From NCBI GenBank assembly GCA_010092855.1, contig JAADYV010000285.1, positions 1 to 40,861 on the forward strand: 40,861 bases of DNA, read 5' to 3'. Every line of letters begins with the position of its first letter. Within the stretch, counting starts at the first letter, position 1. Under the pieces are notes generated by a model. That model was not told the origin of the DNA, did not search any database, and worked only from the letters and a program-made list of their open reading frames with translations. This DNA comes from Chloroflexota bacterium. GTDB taxonomy: Bacteria > Chloroflexota > Anaerolineae > Aggregatilineales > Aggregatilineaceae. This document shows, piece after piece, positions 27,432 through 35,537 of the stretch. The position numbers and the translations under genes are program-made.

Positions 27432-27445
27432 GTGCAATTATGCAC
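27432..27445. promoter_or_regulatory. Inverted repeat GTGCA-ATTA-TGCAC, candidate operator upstream of the sugar ABC operon
   Basis: 5-bp arms with a 4-nt spacer, ~78 nt upstream of the SBP start codon. No regulator gene is adjacent. Confidence 0.2.
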
Positions 27446-27501
27446 CTTTTGTGGAAAAATGGCAAATGCTCTTTTAGCACAGTCCACAGCTTGATCATAG
27501 C

Positions 27502-30177
27502 CTACGGCAACCACGCCGGCCAATACGCACCGGTGACAACCTGCTCGATGTCGCCGCTTTCGATGTTCAGTACCCAGATACCGGGCTGTGCCATTGGGCC
27601 GCCCAGGGGATAGCGCTGGAACAGCAAATACTGCCCGTCGGGCGACCACTGCGGCGTCGAGTGGATGTATTCTCCATCATCGGTGACCTGGCGTGCAGCA
27701 GACCCATCGGGCTGCGCGATCCAGATATGGTCGCCCAGGCCCCCGTCTGGATTGTTCAGGTCCCGGCGAGCAAACGCGATCCACACTCCGTCCGGGGACC
27801 AACTCGGCCAGTTGTCGCTGAACGAGGAATCGCCCGTCAAATCAACCTGGCTGCCGTCTTCCGCGTCGAAGTGGATCAGGTGCAGCGCGCCGGTGGTATC
27901 GTCGTCGGGAATGTCGGTCAGCAGCAGTTGCGTACCTTCTGGATTCCATTGCGCGGTAATGCCGCTTTCGCTGGCGATGGTGTAGCTGCGCCCGTCCACC
28001 AGGTTATACACCTGTACCTCGTTTTGGCGGCTGGCTACGTAACTCAGCCATAGTCCGTCCGAGGACCAGGCCGCGCTGTTGGCTCCAATCTGTTCATCCT
28101 GGAACATAGGGGCGGTTTCTCCGGTGTCCAGGTCCAGCACCCACAGGGTACTTTCGGGAGCCGGATTTTCCGGCGATGGCATTTCCAGCCGTTGGTACAG
28201 CAGCCGTTGGCCATCCGGAGCCAACAGCGGGCGCGTGCAGGCGGCCTGAGGACATGCGAGCAGCAGTTCGCGTGCGGTGCCGCTGGTGTTCATCTGCCAG
28301 ATGGCAGTGCCGCCATATTGCAGCCCGGCGGTGTACACCACGCTTTGACTGTCTGGGCTGAGCGTGTAATCCTTGACGCCGTAATCCTCTTCCGTGACCG
28401 GAACCGGGTCACCTCCCGCCAACGAGAGCACCATTAACTGGTACTGGTTGGCATCGTTCACGGCCATGTACAGGATGCTGGCCCGGTCGAGATCGAGAGC
28501 GGTCGCGGCTTCGCTGTTGTATTCGGCTTTGATCTGCTCCAACTCATCCTGGTTGACCAGCGCCGACAGGTCAACAATCTTGGCCCCGGTTTCTTGCTCC
28601 TCGGTGCCGAGCCAGTCGCTGGACTGCACCGCGTTGACGAGCAGCGCGACACCCAGCCCAGTCACCACCACCGCGCTGATCACGGGCATGGCGGGCATCA
28701 GGCGGTCGAAAAAGTCGCGTTTTTCCAGCAGCCGCTGGTTGCGCACAATGGCGATCCCGATACTGGTCAACACCAGCGCCAGCCCCAGGCTGAAGGACAG
28801 GATCAGGCCCATGCCCAGCACGATCCGGTTGAGGGCGACGGCAGCCAGCAGCGTCGCAATCGCGTCCGGGCAGGGCACGATGCCGCCGCTGACTCCAAGC
28901 GCGACCAGTGACCGCCAGCGAATGCCGCCCAGTGACAGGTCGTCGGGCAGCACGTCGTTGTAGGTATTAACCTTGATGGGCTGGTTGATCTGGATGGTGT
29001 GGGAGGTGGCGCTCCCTGTGCCAGCCGGTTGGGATGGGGCAGCAGCAGTGATCGGAGCAAGCCGGGATGCAGGCAGCGCTGCCAATGGTTCGCGGCGGCG
29101 GCGGGCCGCGCGCACCGACTGAAACGCTCGCCAGCGCCGGTAGCCCAGCGCCAATCCCATGCCGGTCACCAGCAGGCCGGACGCGATCTCCAGCACGTAA
29201 AACACCGTGTTGGTCATCAGAAAGCGTGAGGCTGCCAGGGTCAGCACCCCAATGGCCAGCACCGAGCCGGTGTGCGTTAGCGTAACGATGCTGCCCAGCG
29301 CAACCGCGTGCCCCATTGTGCCCCGCGCTCCGACCAGGTACGCACCCACCAGCGCCTTGCCGTGTCCCGGCGTCAGCGCGTGAATCGCGCCCAGACCCAA
29401 CGCCACAACAAACGCCACCAGGTAAAACGTCAGCGAGAGGTCGCTTTCGCCCACGAGGTCAAGCAGTTTTTCGGATGCACCCCGCTCCCGTTCCGGTGCA
29501 GAAGGTTCTGTTGCTTGGGCTGGCTGTTGACCGGTTTCACCAACTTCACCGGGGACAAGATCGGCAGTCAGCGCCGGGGTACCGCTGTCCCAATACACGT
29601 GCATGGTAGGCGTGTCTTCGGTCCCTGGTGGCGAGAATGGGAAGACCAGCGCACCGCTCTCCTGCTCCGGCACGCCGAACGTCACGCCGGAGTCACCATG
29701 CACGTAAAACCAGTTGACGCTGCGAGCTTCTTCGTAGCGGTTATAGAGGATCAGGCGGGGGGTTGCGCCCAGGTCAGCCGGCCACTGTGCAGAGAGCTGC
29801 AAGGTAATGCCGTGCGTGCCCATCACCAGGTCGATGACGTCGTCCGGCCACTCGACTGCCGTGACTTCCCAGGTGAGCTGCACCTGCTCATTGATCACTG
29901 CCAGGTAATTTTCGGGTAATGGGGCCGTCCAGGCTTGCGCTTCCTCCGGGCTGATGGCATCGTCCCCGTTCGTATCTGCCTCCTGCCAGATCACGCTGGA
30001 TAGCAGCGCACCGGGAGACAACGACCACGTCAGGTCAATGCCATCCGGCGTGAGATGGACCGTATGCACCTGGAAGATCATATCGTCCGGGTGGGCGTCC
30101 GCTGTCTGTATAGGTGCAAAGACGGCGACCAACACCATCCCGATGACGACCAAACGTACTGCATTCAATACTATCAT
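27502..30177 (-). CDS. Three-module membrane protein: secreted N-terminal domain + NicO/RcnA-like (COG2215-type) metal transporter core + C-terminal TolB-like PD40 beta-propeller
   Basis: 891 aa. The signal peptide ends ..QTADA, then HPDD. The membrane core carries HALTPGHGK (29356-29382) and GGIVPCPDA. The C-terminal ~330 aa contain six PD40-like repeats (YTLSPDSQSVVY, LLAPDGQRLLY, AAWSSDGLWLSY, AQWNPEGTQLL, PSWSPDGVWIAF, PQWSPDGQYLLF). Confidence 0.8.
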   Translation of the reverse strand: MIVLNAVRLVVIGMVLVAVFAPIQTADAHPDDMIFQVHTVHLTPDGIDLTWSLSPGALLSSVIWQEADTNGDDAISPEEAQAWTAPLPENYLAVINEQVQLTWEVTAVEWPDDVIDLVMGTHGITLQLSAQWPADLGATPRLILYNRYEEARSVNWFYVHGDSGVTFGVPEQESGALVFPFSPPGTEDTPTMHVYWDSGTPALTADLVPGEVGETGQQPAQATEPSAPERERGASEKLLDLVGESDLSLTFYLVAFVVALGLGAIHALTPGHGKALVGAYLVGARGTMGHAVALGSIVTLTHTGSVLAIGVLTLAASRFLMTNTVFYVLEIASGLLVTGMGLALGYRRWRAFQSVRAARRRREPLAALPASRLAPITAAAPSQPAGTGSATSHTIQINQPIKVNTYNDVLPDDLSLGGIRWRSLVALGVSGGIVPCPDAIATLLAAVALNRIVLGMGLILSFSLGLALVLTSIGIAIVRNQRLLEKRDFFDRLMPAMPVISAVVVTGLGVALLVNAVQSSDWLGTEEQETGAKIVDLSALVNQDELEQIKAEYNSEAATALDLDRASILYMAVNDANQYQLMVLSLAGGDPVPVTEEDYGVKDYTLSPDSQSVVYTAGLQYGGTAIWQMNTSGTARELLLACPQAACTRPLLAPDGQRLLYQRLEMPSPENPAPESTLWVLDLDTGETAPMFQDEQIGANSAAWSSDGLWLSYVASRQNEVQVYNLVDGRSYTIASESGITAQWNPEGTQLLLTDIPDDDTTGALHLIHFDAEDGSQVDLTGDSSFSDNWPSWSPDGVWIAFARRDLNNPDGGLGDHIWIAQPDGSAARQVTDDGEYIHSTPQWSPDGQYLLFQRYPLGGPMAQPGIWVLNIESGDIEQVVTGAYWPAWLP

Positions 30178-30186
30178 TACCCTGTT

Positions 30187-30203
30187 GGAAATATGATTTT
30201 ACC
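30187..30203. promoter_or_regulatory. Candidate Fur/Zur-family box (GGAAATATGATTTTACC)
   Basis: An AT-rich segment loosely resembling GAAAATGATTTTC-type Zur/Fur operators, 10-26 nt upstream of the transporter start codon in the divergent intergenic region. The symmetry is imperfect. Confidence 0.2.
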
Positions 30204-30284
30204 GGTTTCTTCCTGATGGCTGAAAGCTGAACGCTGTTTCCTGAGAAGATGTTAACTACTCTATGCCCCGAAGACAAGCAGACA

Positions 30285-30314
30285 TTGCCTCCCGCACTCG
30301 GGACGGATTACAAT
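30285..30314 (+). promoter_or_regulatory. Candidate promoter for the Fur-family gene: TTGCCT - 18 nt - TACAAT
   Basis: TTGCCT at 30285-30290 and TACAAT at 30309-30314. The GGAGG SD at 30321-30325 follows. Confidence 0.3.
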
Positions 30315-30328
30315 GGGGTCGGAGGTTG

Positions 30329-30766
30329 ATGATGATTTCGAACGATACAATTATTGCCCACCTGCGGGAGCGCGGCGAGCGGATGACCATTCAGCGGCGG
30401 TTGGTGCTGGATGTGCTGTGTGCCGCTGGCGATCACCTGTCGGTGCACGAGATTCAAACTCGCGTTCAGCAAGGCGGTGCTGACCTGAACGAGCCCACCA
30501 TCTACCGGATTTTGCAGTGGCTCAAGGGCCTGGGCATGGTTTCCCAAACAGACCTGGGGCATGGCGGGATTGTGTATGAGTTGATCGGCGAGCGGCCCCA
30601 CCATCACCTGGTGTGCCTGGTGTGTGGCGCGGTGACCGAAGTTGACGACAGTGTGGTGCAGCCGCTGCGCGACCGGGTCCAGGATTTGTATGGTTTCCAC
30701 CCGCGCATTGATCACCTGGCGCTGTTTGGGGTGTGCCGCGCGTGCCACGAACGAGGAGCGGAATGA
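30329..30766 (+). CDS. Fur-family metalloregulator (Fur/Zur/Nur-type)
   Basis: ATG at 30329/30332 follows GGAGG. The winged-helix region reads ..RMTIQRRLVLDVLCAAGDHLSVHEIQ..EPTIYRILQWL.. Also present are HHHLVC-x2-C and C-x2-CH (..LVCLVCGAVTEVDD..FGVCRACH). Confidence 0.85.
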   Translation: MMISNDTIIAHLRERGERMTIQRRLVLDVLCAAGDHLSVHEIQTRVQQGGADLNEPTIYRILQWLKGLGMVSQTDLGHGGIVYELIGERPHHHLVCLVCGAVTEVDDSVVQPLRDRVQDLYGFHPRIDHLALFGVCRACHERGAE

Positions 30767-31419
30767 GCGCAACATATCCACGCTGGGACGAAACGGAAAC
30801 TCGCCAGGGAATTTGTGGCGTTGGCCAACGGCTGTATGATTTGTTCCTGATCGCGGGCAACGATGGCAATATCTCGGCTCGCATCAGTGCCGACGAGGTG
30901 TTGATCACGCCCAGCGGTGTCAGCAAAGGCTTGATGCAGCCGGAGGACATGATCACGCTGTCCCTGAAGGGTGAAATTATTGCCAGCCCGGACAAGTTGC
31001 GTCCGTCGTCGGAATACCGGATGCACCTGACCATCTACCAGCACCGGCCTGATGTGCGCGCGGTGGTGCATGCTCATCCCCCGGTCGCCACCGGGTTTGC
31101 AGTGGCGGGCGTGGCGCTGGACCAGCCGTACCTGCCGGAAGTCGTGGTGCGCACCGGGCCGACGCCGCTGGTACCGTATGCTATTCCTGGTGGGGACGAA
31201 CTGCCGGAGTCCCTGGTGCCGTACTTGCAGGGGCACAACGCGTTGCTGATGGGCAATCACGGCGTGGTGGCGTATGGTGATTCGCTGTTGGAGGCGCTGT
31301 TCGGGCTGGAGACGGTCGAACTCAACGCCAAGATTTACCTGACGGCGCTGCAACTGGGCAACGTCAACTTCCTCGACGCAGCCCAAATCCAGGCTCTGCG
31401 CGCGCGTTACCTGGGCTAG
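30763..31419 (+). CDS. Class II aldolase/adducin-family protein (fuculose-1-phosphate aldolase / MTRu-1-P dehydratase-like)
   Basis: ATG at 30763 overlaps the fur stop (ATGA). ..GNDGNISARI..VLITPSGVSKG.. and the metal-binding ..VVHAHPPVATGFA.. are characteristic. Confidence 0.85.
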   Translation: MSATYPRWDETETRQGICGVGQRLYDLFLIAGNDGNISARISADEVLITPSGVSKGLMQPEDMITLSLKGEIIASPDKLRPSSEYRMHLTIYQHRPDVRAVVHAHPPVATGFAVAGVALDQPYLPEVVVRTGPTPLVPYAIPGGDELPESLVPYLQGHNALLMGNHGVVAYGDSLLEALFGLETVELNAKIYLTALQLGNVNFLDAAQIQALRARYLG

Positions 31420-31429
31420 CGGCTGGCGG

Positions 31430-32233
31430 CTAAACGTCCAGCAGTACAGGCACGCTTAACTGGAAACCGATGTGTAACGCTTCAAAAAACCCTTTGAGCG
31501 CAATGATCGAAACGTCGTCGTTGTCGGCTGGCGCGTGCAGAAACGGAACGTGCTCGTCGATCCATGCCTGCGAAGGGGGAGCCGCAAGCTGCATCATCAC
31601 GTCTGCGTCCAGGTCCGGGGCGATGCCGCCGAAGAACTGCAGCAGCAGCGAGGCATGGGCCGGTCGAATCGGCGCGGTGAGGAACAGCATCTCAAACACC
31701 TGGTCCCCGGTCACACGCAGGCCATTGATATCCCGGTCTGGCAAGTCGGCGGTTTCGAAGAAGATGCCCTCCTGATTGCGCAGACCGGCGGCAGTCTGAC
31801 CGGTGTAGCCGTGCTCGCGGAGCGCACGCTGCAACAGCGCAAAGATCAGTGGGTGATCATTGTCGGGCAGTTGGTTGAGCAGCCAGAATTCCGCCTGAAC
31901 CGAGATCGGGTAGTTGATTGAGCCGATGCAGCCAAACGACTGGCGTGCACGGTTGGCCGGGCAGTCCGCGCATGACGCTTCCCAGGGCTGTAGTTCATCC
32001 GCCGCATCGAGCAGCTTTTGCACCACGATGACCTCGACCTCTTCGCTGCCATCTGCCGCCCGGCGCACCATCTCAAAGCCCATCTTGGACGGCGGGCGGG
32101 TGTCACCCTCTTCACGATAGAGCCGGATAACGGCTTGCGCCCGTTCGCGTCCCTTCAACCGCCCCATCAAACCCTCAACGGTGAGCGCGTTTTTGGGGTC
32201 GCAGTCATACCCGATGATGTAGTCTACTCCCAC
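31430..32233 (-). CDS. Hypothetical protein (267 aa), no family recognised
   Basis: GTG at 32233 is preceded by AGGA 7 nt upstream. The upstream part of the track ORF (to 32347) has low GC3 and abuts a terminator. The protein contains C-x2-C-x11-C (CADCPANRARQSFGC). Confidence 0.55.
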   Translation of the reverse strand: MGVDYIIGYDCDPKNALTVEGLMGRLKGRERAQAVIRLYREEGDTRPPSKMGFEMVRRAADGSEEVEVIVVQKLLDAADELQPWEASCADCPANRARQSFGCIGSINYPISVQAEFWLLNQLPDNDHPLIFALLQRALREHGYTGQTAAGLRNQEGIFFETADLPDRDINGLRVTGDQVFEMLFLTAPIRPAHASLLLQFFGGIAPDLDADVMMQLAAPPSQAWIDEHVPFLHAPADNDDVSIIALKGFFEALHIGFQLSVPVLLDV

Positions 32234-32352
32234 AGAGACATCCTGATTTGTGTATAACAGAAAACCGATACTTACCTTAAACAACCATAGCATTTTCTGC
32301 GCAGAACGGAAAGACTGCTGCCGTGATCCATAGTCGAGTTGGTGCACGGGCC

Positions 32353-32386
32353 AAAAAATACCGCCCTACAACATGGGCAGGGCGGT
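32353..32386 (-). terminator. Rho-independent terminator of the PA14/SH3b gene
   Basis: The minus strand reads ACCGCCCT-(11-nt loop)-AGGGCGGT followed by ATTTTTTGG, 26 nt after the stop at 32413. Confidence 0.7.
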
Positions 32387-32412
32387 GGGATTATCGTGTG
32401 GTGCGTTGCGGT

Positions 32413-34221
32413 TTACTGCACGGGGATGTCGGCCACCCGGCCTTCGAGCAGGGTTATATACGCGGCGTTAACCCAACCTACCTGGCCTTCCCACGTGATA
32501 CGGTACCAGGAGCCGCCTTCGGTCCGGACCTCGATCACGAACTCAGCGTTTTGCGGCACACTGCCGATCTGTTCCGTGTTGAGAATGCTGGGGCCGCTGC
32601 GCAGCCGCAGGTTGGTCGTCGCGCGTCCGCGCACAGTGACCGCTGGGTTGCCGGTTGGGTCTTCAGGCACGATCAGCGTGCCGGGCGGCGGCTCGGGGAG
32701 TACTTCCCCACTGACCACGAGGTCGCGCGGTTCGCCATCCAGCAACCGCACGTACAGGGCCGATACCCAGCCGCGCACGCCCTGGTAGTTGATCAGGTAC
32801 CACGCGCCATTGCTGTTTTTCGCTTCGACGGTGAATGTGGCATTCTGCGGCACCACGCCAATCTTCTCACCGGTGTAGACGCTGGGACCCGTGCGCAGGT
32901 TAAGCGTATCGGTGGATGCGCCGTTGAGGATGATGCGCAGCCCGGTGGGATCGGGTTCAACCAGCGGGGCGGGGGGCGCGACCGGCTCATCAACCAGGGG
33001 CACGTTGTGCATGAACTCGTCATCGCGGCTCCACAGCCAGACCCACTCGTTGCTGACCCAGCCTTCGCCACCGCCGTCAAGCTCAATCTTGACCCAGCCG
33101 AAATCGGGCGTGATGCCCAGCACCAGGTAGTTGTCGGGATACACGATCTGGGTGATGACCGGGTTGCCACGTCCGGGGCCGGTGCGCACGTTGAGGGTAT
33201 CGGCGGTCACGGCAGCCCACACCGGGTTAGGCGCGACGACCGCCGGGGCACCACTAGTGCCGCCGCCGGTTTCGCCACCTATCGCCCACCAGCGCACCTG
33301 GACACCGGCCAGTCCAGTGGCATCATAATATTCGACCTTGACCGTGTGATTCCCGGCACTGAGCTGGAAGACGTCGTTTTCATACACGGTGTATTGGGTT
33401 ACACCGTGCCACTCGTCGACGACGATAGTCGAGTCGATCCACAGCCGCACGCCGTCATCTGCCCCTACCTTGAAGTGCCATTGGGGGGCGCTGGGGAAGT
33501 TGAAGGTCGTGGTCCAGCGCACGCTGAAGTTATCGGCGGGAATACCGGCTGCGGGAGCATTGTTCTGCCAGTTGAAGTTGATGTCGTTGTCGGTGCGGGT
33601 AACGGTGGGGTTGCCGGTCAGGGTGGGGTTGTTGAAATACTGGCCGTTCCAGTTGAGGCCAGGACCATATACTGTGCCGGTGGGCGGGGCTGAGCCGCCG
33701 CCTGAAGTGTCACCACCGCCGTCGGAACCGGCGAACCATTCGACGATAATGGCCGCCCGCCCGCCTCCATCATAATACTCGACTGTCAGGTCGTGGTTGC
33801 CTGCCGTGAGCTGGCCGATGCTGTTTTCGTAGGTGGTATAGCCCGCCTCCGAACCATGCCATTCATCAATGAGCATCGTCTGGTCGATCTTCAGGCGCGC
33901 ACCATCGTCCACCGACACCCGGAAAGTCCACAGTCCTGACGAGGGGAAGTTGACGGTCGCCGTCCAGCGCGCGCTGAAGCCATCAACCGGCACTGTGCCG
34001 GGAAACGGCGAATCATCGCCCCAGTCGAAGTTGATCTGGTCATCAATCCGCGAGGCCACTTCTGCGCCTTCCAGGTTGGGGTTATTGTAATATTTGCCCA
34101 GCCAACCCGTCCCCGGATTAGCGCTGGTCGTCTGGACCGGAGCAAGAGACACCGGCAGCGCTGCCAGCGAAAGCCCCAGGAGCATCACCGCGATCACGCT
34201 GCACACGATAAATTTTCGCAT
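32413..34221 (-). CDS. Secreted protein with two PA14 domains and three bacterial SH3 (SH3b) domains
   Basis: ATG at 34221 (MRKFIVCSVIAVMLLGLSLAALP..). Two repeats of ..W.G.YYNN..L.G..V..R.D..INF.W.......P.D.FS.RWT....F......F.V..DDG.RL.ID......EWH.. are PA14-like. Three repeats of ..LN(V/L)R(T/S)GP......I..V.........W......G..GWV.. are SH3b-like. Confidence 0.85.
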   Translation of the reverse strand: MRKFIVCSVIAVMLLGLSLAALPVSLAPVQTTSANPGTGWLGKYYNNPNLEGAEVASRIDDQINFDWGDDSPFPGTVPVDGFSARWTATVNFPSSGLWTFRVSVDDGARLKIDQTMLIDEWHGSEAGYTTYENSIGQLTAGNHDLTVEYYDGGGRAAIIVEWFAGSDGGGDTSGGGSAPPTGTVYGPGLNWNGQYFNNPTLTGNPTVTRTDNDINFNWQNNAPAAGIPADNFSVRWTTTFNFPSAPQWHFKVGADDGVRLWIDSTIVVDEWHGVTQYTVYENDVFQLSAGNHTVKVEYYDATGLAGVQVRWWAIGGETGGGTSGAPAVVAPNPVWAAVTADTLNVRTGPGRGNPVITQIVYPDNYLVLGITPDFGWVKIELDGGGEGWVSNEWVWLWSRDDEFMHNVPLVDEPVAPPAPLVEPDPTGLRIILNGASTDTLNLRTGPSVYTGEKIGVVPQNATFTVEAKNSNGAWYLINYQGVRGWVSALYVRLLDGEPRDLVVSGEVLPEPPPGTLIVPEDPTGNPAVTVRGRATTNLRLRSGPSILNTEQIGSVPQNAEFVIEVRTEGGSWYRITWEGQVGWVNAAYITLLEGRVADIPVQ

Positions 34222-34244
34222 AATGTTTATCCTGTCATCAATTA

Positions 34245-34303
34245 CTATGCAGAAGATTGCGTCTTCTATACAGAAGATTGCGTCTTCTATGCAGAAGATT
34301 GCG
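34245..34303. repeat. Tandem 21-bp repeat, 2.8 copies (CTAT[G/A]CAGAAGATTGCGTCTT), giving five alternating AGAAGA/TCTTCT half-sites
   Basis: Copies lie at 34245-34265, 34266-34286 (one mismatch) and 34287-34303 (partial). The array starts 24 nt upstream of the PA14/SH3b start codon. Confidence 0.9.
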
Positions 34304-34409
34304 CCCGACATTATAAAAAGTGGGCGCATAACGTGCAAACTCTGTTACCCTGACGGATTCATGACGTCGGGGTATGCTAGCCTTCATAACGCCGCATGAG
34401 GATATTGCG

Positions 34410-35522
34410 TCATGACGCCGCGACTTCCAACGTGCGCAGCACTTTTTCGGCGGCGCGCTGCCACGTAAACTGGTCAGCCTGGACATACCCTTTCTGGACT
34501 AGGTCGGAGCGCAGGTCAGGGTCGGAAACTACCTGTCCGATGGCGTCCGCGATGGCGTCCACGTCACGCGCGTTGACCAGCAGCGCCGCGTCTCCGGCCA
34601 CTTCTGGCAGGGACGAGGTAGTGCTGGTGATGACGGGCGTGCCGCAGCGCATAGCCTCCAACACCGGGAAGCCGAAGCCCTCATGCAGTGTCGGGAACAG
34701 CAGCGCCTGCGCCCCGCTGTAAAGCGCAGCAATGTCATCATCCTCGACGTAGCCGGGCAAAATCACGCCCTCGACCCCGGCGGTCCACGCCGGATCGTAT
34801 AGCCAGCCCTGCGGACCGGCCAGCACCAGCGCGGTGTCCGGTTCGGATTCTGTCTCGGACTGCGCGGCGCGCCAGCGGGCATAGGCCTGCACGATGCGCG
34901 CAATGTTTTTGCGCGGCTGGAGCGTGCCAACGAAAAACAGGTATCGTTCCGGCAGCCCATAGCGCGCGCGGACCGCAGCCAGTTTCCCGGCATCGTTCAC
35001 CTGCACCAGTTCCTCGTTCACACCAGGATAGACCAACTCCATTTTATTTTCGGAAATGCGGTAATGCGCAGCCAGGTCTTTGGCGGTGGCCAGCGAATCG
35101 ACGATCACGCGCCGGGCACGCCGCACGCTGTGCCGTGTGGACCAGGCCAGGTAATAGCGCGCGGCGGAGGGGTGCGCATTGGGGAAATAGACATAGCCCA
35201 GGTCGTGCACGGTCACAACTGCTGGGCCGGGGAACCACAGCGGCAGCGTGTGTGCGGGCACGAATGTGACGCCGGGACGTGCGCGCCACAGGGCTGCTGC
35301 AAACCGCAGATGCGTCCACATACGCCGCCAGGGGATGATGCGCTGGGTGACATTCGCGTAATCCGGGAACAAGTCCGGGGCGGGTTGGTCGCGGAAATAG
35401 AGCGTGAAATGGTGCGGCGTTTCCAACGCCAACAGCGCGCGGATCAGTTGCAGAGCGTAGTTTTCGGTGCCAGTACGCTGTGCAATGGTGGTGCGGCTGG
35501 CGTCAATTGCAATGTTTAGCAT
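34410..35522 (-). CDS. Glycosyltransferase, GT4 family
   Basis: ..LFPTLHEGFGFPVLEAMRCGTPVITSTTSSLPEVAGDAALLV.. Start at ATG 35522 (MLNIAIDAS..) or at GTG 35537, which lies directly after the upstream stop. Confidence 0.85.
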   Translation of the reverse strand: MLNIAIDASRTTIAQRTGTENYALQLIRALLALETPHHFTLYFRDQPAPDLFPDYANVTQRIIPWRRMWTHLRFAAALWRARPGVTFVPAHTLPLWFPGPAVVTVHDLGYVYFPNAHPSAARYYLAWSTRHSVRRARRVIVDSLATAKDLAAHYRISENKMELVYPGVNEELVQVNDAGKLAAVRARYGLPERYLFFVGTLQPRKNIARIVQAYARWRAAQSETESEPDTALVLAGPQGWLYDPAWTAGVEGVILPGYVEDDDIAALYSGAQALLFPTLHEGFGFPVLEAMRCGTPVITSTTSSLPEVAGDAALLVNARDVDAIADAIGQVVSDPDLRSDLVQKGYVQADQFTWQRAAEKVLRTLEVAAS

Positions 35523-35537
35523 ACTACCGTATCTCAC

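Noticed and set aside
30178-30328. Possible NiCo (czcD-type) or other metal riboswitch in the leader of the NicO-like transporter gene
   Set aside because: The spacer is only 151 nt and is shared with the divergent fur promoter. I could not fold a convincing four-way junction or find conserved riboswitch core sequences. A protein (Fur-family) operator is the simpler explanation. A cmscan run would be needed to settle this.
34245-34303. CRISPR-like array
   Set aside because: The repeats are directly contiguous with no spacers, there are only 2.8 copies, and no cas genes are in the window.
34222-34338. Repeated peptide DAIFCIE-DAIFCIE-DAIFCI at the N-terminus of the 641-aa track ORF
   Set aside because: It is an artefact of translating the 21-bp DNA tandem repeat. 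The real start is the ATG at 34221, which gives a normal signal peptide (MRKFIVCSVIAVMLLGLSLAALP) and has an AGGA upstream.
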